From Haliotis cracherodii (Eukaryota): DNA of 64,000 nucleotides. A program made the position numbers and the translations under genes. The notes beneath the pieces are model-generated. The model ran no database searches, was not told where the DNA came from, and saw nothing but the letters and a program-made list of their open reading frames with translations. The stretch covers positions 51,708,001 through 51,772,000 of the forward strand of contig NW_027266265.1 of assembly GCF_022045235.1 (NCBI RefSeq), read 5' to 3'. Positions within the stretch are counted from its first letter, which is position 1. Each line of letters begins with the position of its first letter. Positions 49,801-60,853 of this stretch are shown here, in pieces.

Positions 49801-49967
49801 GGGGCGGTCGGGTAGCCTAGTGGTAAAAGCGTTTGCTCATCACGCCGAAGACCCCGGTTCGATTCCTGACATGGGTACAATGTGTGAAGCCCATTTCTGG
49901 TGTCCCCCGCCGTGATATTGCTGGAATATTGCTAAAAGTGGCGTAAAACCATACACACTCACTCACT
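49801..49967 (+). mobile_element. SINE family A (tRNA-derived, ~170 bp, (ACTC)n tail), representative copy
   Basis: A box TAGCCTAGTGG and B box GGTTCGATTCC, with TSD CAATAAGACAAG. Further copies at 25916-26070(+), 34361-34524(-), 36042-36197(-), 45930-46085(-) and 55087-55227(-), plus those listed separately. Confidence 0.9.
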
Positions 49968-51334
49968 CAATAAGACAAGACTTATGTCTACATAGTTCAA
50001 TAGATTTGAAGCTTTTAGATAAATGCTAGCCTAAGGTATCAAGATCCCATCTCCCAGACAAAAGATATGTCTACATAGTCTTATAGATTGCCTTGAACTA
50101 TTTTATTTAAGTAAATCTGTCATCACCTATATTAGAATAACATGCAGCCATTACTTCAATTTAGACTCATTCAGGATTAGCCCCCATACAAGCTTGTCTA
50201 AAGTGACCCCATAATCTCTTTCAAAGCACCCTTTCAAAGCACCCAGTAAATATGTCAACAAGATTAACAGGATTAAGTATTCCCCTCTGTCTAGCCATTC
50301 ATTAACCATAAGGCACACCCCATCGTGTATCAACCAATCATATTCCTTTTTATTGTTCTAAGTTTTGTTAAATACATACAGAAGCAAAATGTTAAGCAGA
50401 AGGGGTTTGATGCTCATACCAAGCAGACCCTCTCCCACAGCCCAGGGGGTTGTACCGACTCTCTGTGGCACCCTCAGCTATATTCTAAGATATTGTAAAT
50501 TGTTCATTGTTAATTGTTCTTGTAAATAAAATTGTGATTAGTCTCCTGTGACTCCGGCTCTTTGCTGACTAATTCCCCAAAGAAAACCAGCATGCCATTT
50601 GGAAGGTTTTGTTCATCCGAACAGCACCATAATATTTAACCCCGCACTCAGCAATATGCAGCTATATGACGGCGGTCTGTAAATAATCAAGGCTGGACCA
50701 CACAATACAGTGATTGACATCATGAGCATTGATCCACGCAATTGGGATACGATGACATGCATCAACCAATAATTAAGTCAGCGAGTCTGATCACCCGATC
50801 TTACTACAAGCATAGTTGCTTTTTACTGCAAGTATGGTTGCTGAAGACATATTCTACCCCGTTCCCTGATCTTCACAGGTTCCCTTTTATAGTAGGGCTT
50901 TCTCTTATACCATAAGTATACTGTACACCATATGTGACCGTGTGTACAGCTACAAATTCAATCCTGTGGTTGCATGCAAAGGTACTGCGAATCCCTTACT
51001 GATGTAGCATCGTGGCTTGACCATCCACAATGTAAGATCTTGTTTTGACCATCATGTGGTATGGATCATATATTTATTGCAAGAGATGTAAGGTCATGTC
51101 TGGACCGCCACAGGATGCAGCATCATGTCGTGACTGTCACATGACTTAGTGTCATTTGTCGTTATGAAATTTGAGTATTAAGATAAAATATATCTATATC
51201 AAAACACAGTTTTGGGAAACATTTAGTCCCCAAAAATGTACAAGTCTGATCTTGGAACCTTTAATGATTCTTTCTAATTCCAGGAAAGTTCAGACATTTA
51301 TCCACTGATTAATTTCCACAAATATTTTTCCAGG

Positions 51335-52546
51335 ATGCCAGACCTCGCAGCTCTAAGATCAGTGCTTCCCAAGACACCAGATGAGCTGCTGTTAACAATA
51401 ACCAGTCCTGACATTCTGGGGAAAGACTATTATGACTTCCTGAAGAAGACATGTGATTGTTTGTATGGACAAGATGGTGGAAGTGTCAAGCACTCCTGTG
51501 AGGTGTTGTTGGACCTGGCTTGGGAGAAGCTGAACACTGGGTACTGGAAGGATGTGGACATCAGCTGGAGATACACCTATACAGTCATCTCAGTGATGAA
51601 GGTGTACTGTCAGTGTTTGCTGCTGAATCAACAAAAAGGAGAGGTTTCATTGGCTGATATCATGAGGTCATGTGACATGGGTCTGTTGATGGGAGCCCCC
51701 ATCTTGGACAATATCCTGGCACGGATGTCTTCATTAATTCAAACCATCTTCAACCCTCCCAGGAAACGACAGTGTGGAGATGCGGTGAGTGAAGCTAAGA
51801 GACTGAAAGTTGCAGATGTGAGGATCGATGGAGATAAATCTGTATCTCGATGCTCCTGTCCATCCTTACAGAAGTTTAAAGAAAGCTACATGGACAAACA
51901 TCAAGCTGTTATTGTAACTGATGCCATTGATTTCTGGCCGGCCTTGAGTTCCAGGAAGTGGGATCTGGACTACATCAAACAAAAGGCTGGCTACAGAACT
52001 GTACCTATTGAGCTAGGATCTAAGTACACAGAAGAGTCTTGGTCACAGAGTTTAATGACAATAACAGAATTTATTGAGCGCTACATTGAGAACCCAGCAC
52101 AGGTGACCAAGGGCTATCTAGCTCAGCATCAACTCTTTGATCAGATTCCTGAACTGCAAAAGGACATCAGTGTTCCAACCTACTGCTGTTTAGGGGAGGA
52201 GGACGATGTTGATCAGAATGCATGGTTTGGGCCTGAAGGTACTGTGTCACCTTTGCACTATGACCCCAAGCATAACCTCCTGGCTCAAGTTGTGGGGTGG
52301 AAGTATGTGAGGCTCTACTCGGACAGAGTCACAGATCACCTGTACCCCCACCCGAACAGACTCCTGGTGAATACGTCACAGGTGGACCTGGAGGAGCCGG
52401 ATCATGCTAAGTTTCCATTGTTTGCCAAGGCTCCGTATGTGGAGTGTGTGTTAGGGCCGGGGGAAATGTTGTACATTCCACCACAACACTGGCATTTTGT
52501 CAAATCACTCTCTGTCAGCTTTTCAGTTAGTTTTTGGTGGGAATGA
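51335..52546 (+). CDS. KDM8: JmjC domain protein 5 (KDM8, arginyl hydroxylase/peptidase), 403 aa, single coding exon
   Basis: LAWEKLNTGYWKDV, CDMGLLMGAP, RTVPIELGSKYT, GYLAQHQLFDQIPEL, NAWFGPEGTVSPLHYDPKHN (HxD) and GEMLYIPPQHWHFVKSLSVSFSVSFWW. A splice acceptor (ttttccag) sits just before the ATG. Confidence 0.96.
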   Translation: MPDLAALRSVLPKTPDELLLTITSPDILGKDYYDFLKKTCDCLYGQDGGSVKHSCEVLLDLAWEKLNTGYWKDVDISWRYTYTVISVMKVYCQCLLLNQQKGEVSLADIMRSCDMGLLMGAPILDNILARMSSLIQTIFNPPRKRQCGDAVSEAKRLKVADVRIDGDKSVSRCSCPSLQKFKESYMDKHQAVIVTDAIDFWPALSSRKWDLDYIKQKAGYRTVPIELGSKYTEESWSQSLMTITEFIERYIENPAQVTKGYLAQHQLFDQIPELQKDISVPTYCCLGEEDDVDQNAWFGPEGTVSPLHYDPKHNLLAQVVGWKYVRLYSDRVTDHLYPHPNRLLVNTSQVDLEEPDHAKFPLFAKAPYVECVLGPGEMLYIPPQHWHFVKSLSVSFSVSFWWE

Positions 52547-53539
52547 TCATTTGCTAACAATAAACTTATTTTTATATTTTCATCCAAACTTTTAAATTTA
52601 TTTGTTTTTATGTTGTGTGCATTCAGAAATATTTTCTTGCTATATGATAGGGTTATGCAAATAATCAATTCTGAACCAGACAATCCAGTGGTTGACATCA
52701 TGACCCTCAGTCTGCACAATTGAGACACAATGACATGCAATGAAACAGCACTGACTTAGCGAGACAGGCTCAGGGGCCTAAAGTCAGCCCCAATTCTGCA
52801 ACAAATAGGTCGGTCTTCAGCAACCCATGCTTGTGTGACTGCTTGTTGTAAGAGGCGACTAACTTGATGGGGTTGTCAGGCTCGCTGACTTGGTTAATGC
52901 ATGTCATTATATCCCAATTGCATGGATCGATGCTCATGATGTCAATCACTGGATTGTCTTGTCCAGATTCGATTTTTACAGACCGCTGTCATATAGCGGG
53001 AATATTCAGTTCATAACTAATGTTATAGCTTAATCCCTGGTTGAGCAACATTGCCTGACAAGGGCAGTCGATTTGGAATCCCAGATTAATCCCTGGTTGA
53101 TCAACATATACTTTGAGCCACTGGGAGCATGGCCCAAAATAAATGAAATATTCACAAACATTAACTCATTTCAGGTGTGTGTATACTGTTTGGACTTCTG
53201 AACAAGTAGGAGTATTTCAGTTATACATCTGTATGTCAGCTTGATGTGGAAGGAAAGCCAACATGATCAGAACGAACCGGGATTCGAATCCACCACCACA
53301 GGATTCATTTACTCCTAAGGGAGGCAACTCAGCAATGAGATTGGCCTTATTACTGTATTATGTTTTGCTGACCATGTTAAGTGACAAATTGTCGGTAGTC
53401 GGCCCTACCCTATACCAAGAGACGTTAGAAGATGGTACCTGTTGAAACTCTGCCTGGCGCCCCGCATTAAGGGGCTAAAACAAGTCTGAGTGGGGTATCC
53501 ACTGGCTCGTAGCACTACTGTTTTCAAGTGGTATTAATA

Positions 53540-53541
<2 letters not shown>

Positions 53542-53583
<42 letters not shown>

Positions 53584-53591
53584 ACACACAC
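53542..53591. repeat. (CA)n microsatellite
   Basis: Read directly from the sequence. Confidence 0.95.
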
Positions 53592-56500
53592 CAGTTTGCA
53601 ACAATATTAAACGCGACGTTAAACCCCATTTCACAACCCCCTACCCGTGGCAGTGGACTCCAGCATTATCACCAGTGAGACTGACGATATGACGATGTTG
53701 GGGAACACTACTCGGCACCTTATAAGACGGACCAGCGATCGTCTTGTTTTCCATCGCCAGATTTATTGGTAGCTTTACTCAACCGTAGCTTTACTTTTCC
53801 GTTCTTAATTTGCGGAAATTTATTCATATTGTGTATGTTCTTGAAAGGTGTACTCGATATTTAAGATTGTAGGGAGTAAATGTACGTATTAATGGACCTG
53901 CCGACCTCTTTTGTGGTTAGAGTGAAGTCTTGATCAGGTGTCATCGTTCCCCAACCTTACCAGTGTCAGGATTGCTCTCGCAAGGTGTGAGTCACTGGTT
54001 TGCCTCTTCCAGATTCGATTATTTACATATAGATGGGATATTGCTGAATGCCGCGTCAAAGAAACATTCTCTCATTAACTTTGCTACAAGTACTGTTGTA
54101 GAAGTGTGATAGGACACATTAGGTGTTTGAAGCGTTTGTAAAATCGTTAGGTTTTTTCACGCACGCCCCTCGATGCATACATACACACAGAGAGTCAGAG
54201 GATCAGTGGTAGCTTCAGGAATGAGAATAGGGCACATTTCATTTGAAATATTTATGTATTATATAAGCAGAAAACAAACACATTATGAAATACAACCAGT
54301 AATATGTTTTCACAGCAATGACTTCCTGAAACATGTGTTATTGTTTTCAAGAACAAGATGTATTAAGTTGACACATTCATAGTGGCATACATGATACTGT
54401 TGACATTGATATATTTACAGACGTAACGTTACTAATATTTTTTTCATAATTGATATTTTTAAAGTAATAACTACATTGTTGTAATGTTATTTAATAATGA
54501 ACGAGATCAGTGGAGACATGCAGCTATTGTTACAACTGAAACCAACAACTTTAAACCATGAACAGCAATCTTCTATGAGAGTTACATGTACTTCCCCAAT
54601 GCTAATATGTTTACTCATGTTGCTTGACACGTCATTTATTACTACTGTCCAAAAGCGCTAATACCTCGCTACACGGAAACTGGGTCAGCGATTGCTGTAT
54701 GTCTGTCCCCGACCCTCTCGACAGACAGAACCGATACACGGAAATAGGTCATAGAGAAATAGGTCAGATAGAGCGAGACCGGTAACCTGCTTTTCGCTTC
54801 CTAGAGGCTGCAGGCGATGTTGTGCATGCGCTCTGGAGCAGGCAAACCCGTCTAGGACATCGTGTGTCTCTCTTATGATTGTGCCCGAATAATACAAACG
54901 TGTTTCGTGTTAAAGTTTACAATTACGAATGTTTTAGAACATATTAATTTTATGTATTTCGTGCGTACGTATATCATTTTACATATGTGAGGCAAAGATA
55001 AAGATTCTTTTAAAAGTTTCTTAACATCTTTCCAACTATAACTCGTCCCCATGTACATTTCTCAAACCAAAGCAAATAAAGCAATGATTTTACGCCGCTT
55101 TTAGCAATATTCACGGCGGGGGACGCAAGAAGTGGGCTTCTTCACTTATTGTACTTATGTGGGGAATAGAACCTGACCCTTCGGCGTGACGAGCGAACGC
55201 TTTAACCACTGGACTACACCACCGCCCTGATACGACGAATAGTGGCATGTCTTCCCATAGCTGTAGGCCCTGTATGTGATGTCAGTCGTAGACACTGTGC
55301 TAGATATGGTTCATCTGTTTTGAAACTGAAGTCGACGACCTATTTTCAATTCTCTCATCTTTACGAAAATCAACAGGAGAGTATATGTATGCAGACTACC
55401 ACATTTATTAAAGTTGAAGACAGTAACTCGTCAGGTGAGAGAATTTTCGAATCACAATAAATTCACAATTACGTAATACATTTATTATAAAAATTCACAT
55501 GTATAATGCGTTTAACGTTAGAAATATACTGTACATATATCGACTTCAATTGACATTCTTCACAAAATCAATTACAATCATTCAGGTGTCGATCCTCTTG
55601 TGAATTCTTTACCCAAAAATGATGCTGACACTGTCAGATGTCAATGTCACAAAAGCGGCGCCCGTGACAGTTCAGCACATTAATGGTTTTTCATGAATAT
55701 TCATCACCGAATGGAACCCGGATGTCTGTCTCGGCACCATCGCATCTCGACGTAATGTGAGCTCTCTATGGTTATTATGTTACAGAAAAAAAATAAACAT
55801 TTGTACAAAATATATTCTCCCGACGACGAAGCTACTAATTAATGGTGAAAGACTTGGTTCTAGAACACAGACATTTGGCGATAACCAGTTTTATGTTGAG
55901 ACAATCTCATTAAATTCGTTGAGACAATCTCATTAAATTCAGAACTATTTCTCCGATACTACACCACTCTGCCTCAACAGAGAAGGACACGCCGTGATAT
56001 GACTGGAATACTGTTAAATGCGGCGTTAAACCCAACTCACTCACTCACTAACAGAAGGATGACGGGGTCCTGTTTTAACAGAAGAAACCTCTAAGCGAAA
56101 ACCAAATACTGCTTGAAGGTCCTCCAGATGGCATGGCGCTCAGAAACGACAGTTACAAAAATTAAAATATTCACGCAACGTTATTACGCATCCTTTATTA
56201 TATTACAGAACTGGTCGATTAAGTTGATGCCCGAGATACGTAAATTATGGTCTGAATGCTTCGCTCACTCGAAACGAGTATTTAGCAGCATCGATGCTGA
56301 TTAGCTGATAAGAAAGTTTACATGGCGAGACCTATATGGGGTTGTGTAAACTTCACGTTGAGAGACAGGTATCGTATCGGAGAAAATGATCTGATTTTAA
56401 CGAGATTGATGTTGGGATAAAAAGTGTTTTCATTCCGATACATTCCGATACATTGCGAAGAAGGATTTACACAGTTTGGTGTACATATAGTTACATCTTC

Positions 56501-56725
56501 AAATCCATATCAACTAATCAACGAACTTGTTTATTAATGTGTTCTTACGGCTCACAAGGTTTACACCAAATGTCTAGTGTTTCCAATATCACTGCCACAT
56601 ATCCTTTTTCATATACCATCTATCCAGTTGCTGGGCAGGAATAACGAATCATTTCCTTGTCACTCGGAACACATCGTCTCTTTTCATGTGAAATGGTATG
56701 ACTAGTGTGTTCCGAAAGAAGCCCT

Positions 56726-59700
56726 CTACACAAATTGGCTGTCGATCCAGGTCCTAAAAGCAGCAACTTCGGTGTACAGCCCAGCCTGGTTGGCCCTGGC
56801 GCATTCAAACCCACTGGAGACGATTCCGTACTGTACCCACACGTTGTCATCCAGACAGACTAGCGGGCCGCCCGAGTCACCCTGAAACAATGGTAGGATC
56901 CACTAAATGAGACGAGGCGCTATGTACACGAACTCAAGTGCCTAATGCTTCCCTATTCTTGTTTTGTTTGTTTGTTTGTTTGTTTGGTTGGTTGGTTTAC
57001 TCCGCACTTTGAATATTCCAGCTATATGACGGCGGTCTGTAAACATTCGAGTCGGGACCAGACAATCCAGTGATTGACATCATGAACATCGATCCACGCA
57101 ATTGGGATACTTTTACATGCATCAACAAAGTCAGAGAGCCTGACCACCCGATCTCGTTAGTCGCCTCTTACGAGAAGCATAGTCGCCTTTTACGGCAAGC
57201 ATGGGGTTGACCGTTTCTAACCCGGATCAGGGGTCCGGACCTCTTTTGAAAACTAAATGTAAAATGTTGTAGGCTGTCAAAGTGACTGAAAGAGGATTTT
57301 AAAATTTTGCACATCTCCCTTTTATAAATGTTGGATCCGTCCCTGGTGCATGGACCTGTGAGTGAGTGAGTGAGTGAGTGCGTGAGTGCGTGCGTGCGTG
57401 CGTGCGTGCGTGCGTGTCCTGTTCATATTTTTTAGTGAGAGCCCACTGAGATACAATGCTGTAGTTTAAAATGGATATCCACTCAAGACACAGCATACTG
57501 AAACAGGTAGTCACCTGGCACGCGTCCTCGCCGCCACTAACACCATTAGCAGCACAAATGACGTTGTTATCGACTCCGGAGGCGGTGGAGGGGAAGGTGT
57601 CACGACAGGTTTGAGAGTCGTACAGCTCTAGGTCTACTTCCTGTAGAATACTGGCAGCAGGGCCATTGTCTGAAATAAAACACTCCTTCGTGTTTCATCT
57701 ACATTGTGACGTATTATTTAGTAATTTTTGCTAAAGGTGATAAGTAAACGTATTAAAAGAGATAATGTAATGTGAAACATAATATAAAATAATTAACCAT
57801 ACATTGATACTTGTTTGTAACAAGTAAGGATAAGAATTTATGGATAAACAACTTCTTTATTACAATTAAGAGCGACGTTTCGGTGTAGGTTCTGACTCCG
57901 TTATCAAGCAAGTGTGTATCTAAGAAGTTATGTTTGTAACCACAATAGCGCCAGGAGATCTAGTGGTTTAAGGCTCCACAGAGTTGCGTCCCTTAGACTG
58001 GTCGTGGATACCCGTCCATACCATGATCAGGGCTTTCACTAAAGCCGTAAGCGTCTTCGAGCTTTGTCATTGATACGCTGTGACAAAACTATATTCCTAT
58101 CCAACTCTCCAATTCTCTCATTCCAATAAGTAATCTCCACCAGAATTGGTAAAAATCTGGATTCACTAGTTCCACTAGTTCACGTGACTATCACATTTTG
58201 GCGGTAGTCGGAACCCTTATTTATAATGTTGCTCGATGTCAAGTTAAATGCCTAATTTCTATTAACTCGGACGTCCTGTTGTACGAACTTTTAGGGACCT
58301 GATCTGGCTTTATGACGCGGGCTACAGTGCAATATTAATACACCAGAGCTTCTCGGGGCATTAGAAAGGTAACGGAATAAGCCGAGTTGACCCGAATGGT
58401 ACATAACTTGCGGTGACCATGACCTTCATCATTTATGACAAATATGAACACCTCAAATTGGGGCATTGACGCCCTCTCTCGTTAGTCGTATAATAGAACT
58501 GGGGCTGCGCAGTCGTGGTCACCAGTTGAATCTAAATGATACAAGGCCTTTGTCACTAATGCCGTCATGCACACTTACAGGAAGTTGTTCCCCATCCAAT
58601 CACAGTACACGTCCTCCCAGTCTGGGTCACCTGAGACGAAGGCGCCATTTGAATAACTTGACGACACTTTGTGGTGATGGCATCTTTCTTCAGCTTCAAG
58701 ACAGCAGCATCGAATACTACAACATATAAGATACATCTCTCCATTGATATCAACACTATCCTTGTGGATGAATAATGGTATTTTTTTAAACTTCAGGAAG
58801 TTTAAAGCTACATGTATACGCTTGGCGGCGTGTATGGAACAGGTAGACCTCGGACCGCTTGCACAAAGGGCGCTTAGCGCTACGACTATAGTAAGTCTGT
58901 GTTAAAGTATGCGTGTTAGATCGTCGTAGCGCTACGGTCGCCTTGTGCAAGTGGGCCCAGTGCTTGATACCATGTTGTCATGGTATGTTTTGCGGACATA
59001 TTCAAGAACATTGTTCAAGTGCTTTAGAATAAATCTGAGAAATAACAAACGTTACTCTTAGAGCTCTAATAACTACACCCCTAAGAAATTTCTTAGCGAG
59101 TTAAGAGTAAGCAGTTTTATGATTACGGCCCCAGATCTTAAACTGTAACCCCCAATCGCTATCCTAGTCTACCCTTATTACAAATAACGGAGTACTGGGA
59201 ACACTACAGGTTCCTCGCATAGAAGGTTCCGAATCAATTCAACAAAATATGGATGCAGCGAGGTAATCAACATCTTAGATTGTCCCGTGTATCGTATCTC
59301 AATTCCATTATGATATATACCCAGGACCCAGTCATCACCGGGACCTCGTGTTAACCTCATCTCCATCTAGCTCCAATCACTATCTTAGCACAGCAGTTTT
59401 ATCGCATGTGAGTGTCATTTGATAGGACGGCTATTTTTAGCGTCCTGTCACTCTTGCTGTTCCCAAAGCAAATCATAGAGTTACGACTATAATAAGTGAG
59501 TAAGTGAATATGGTCTTACGCCGCTTTTAGCAATATTCCAGTAATATCACGGCGGGGGACACCAGAAATGGGCTTCACACATTTTAGCCATGTCGTGAAT
59601 CGAACCTGGATCTTCGGCGTGACGAGCGAACGCTTTAACCACTAGGCTACCCGACCGCCCCTAACGACTATAATGGGTTTAGGGCAAAGGATGGGAGTTA

Positions 59701-60812
59701 CGACGTTCGTAACCTTATGATGTCTTTTCTTCGGGAAAGTGGACCACAAAGCGATCATGGCGTTACGAACATCGTAAGTGTATGCTAAAGTATAAGAGTT
59801 ACGAAAGTTTTAACCTTGCGATGACTTGATTGTTAAAATGTTTCCCGATGCCCGTTCTCCGAATATCGAAAGTATATGCGAGTTACGAAAGTCGGCTCTC
59901 AACGATCGTATTGTGTCTTCTTTGATAGGCATTTCTTTGTGTCAGTGACCCTAATGTCAGAGGTCCGCAGAAACACGAACATAGTATACCCCAGATGACG
60001 TAAGAGCAAAGGTACTGACACAGTCCGCTTCCAGAGTTGAAGTTGGGATGGATGACGAACTCTTCTACTTCCATGACCTCCATGTTGGGGTTGCGAGAGT
60101 TGTAACTGGCGCTGCCGCTGGTACTGGAACAATGCTTTCCGACCTCTACTGACAGAGAAGAAGCTTGAAGGCCTCTGAAAAACAAAATTATGATAAATGG
60201 GTTCATCTTCTGCAAGAATTGCTGATATTAACAACTGTGTGTACCTTTTCGTCATTTTGAGGCAATTATTTGTAATTTCTATGTGAGTTTTCCATTTCCA
60301 ATTGTTAAATATACATTCCTTTGCATTTATCCTGTCAAGCTAATATAGATAGACTCATCATAAATGTTTCTATTAGTATTAGTTCCATGTTTATGACTAT
60401 TGTTACTTTTGTTGGCAGCCATCTTGGATTTGACCTATTTTCAATTTTGGACCTATTAATTACTCGATTAAGAGTGACAGAGTTGGGTTTAATGCCGCTC
60501 GGTTATTTACAGATCGCTATTCTTTTAGCTGGAATATTGCTGCGTTAAACAACAAACAGTCTTACACCACACAGTGAGCCGCAGTGAGGACCTTGTTGAG
60601 TCCAATCAGACTACCCCCGCAGGAGTAGGCGCCGAACCGACGCACGCCGACTACGAAGGGGTACTTGCAAGCAGGGTCCACGTTGTTTCCGCCAACTATG
60701 CGACTTGTCAAACATGCAGCCTCTGAAACAGTAGCACCAAGCATAACCTTCCATCGTAGACACGTGTATTGTCAGTTGCTGAGTGTGTACATGGTGAAAT
60801 TAACATGTTTAC

Positions 60813-60853
<41 letters not shown>

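Noticed and set aside
49801-49875. Possible tRNA genes at SINE heads (also 5892, 21419, 25916)
   Set aside because: Each continues into a shared SINE body and tail, several have TSDs, and none has a proper acceptor stem or oligo-T terminator.
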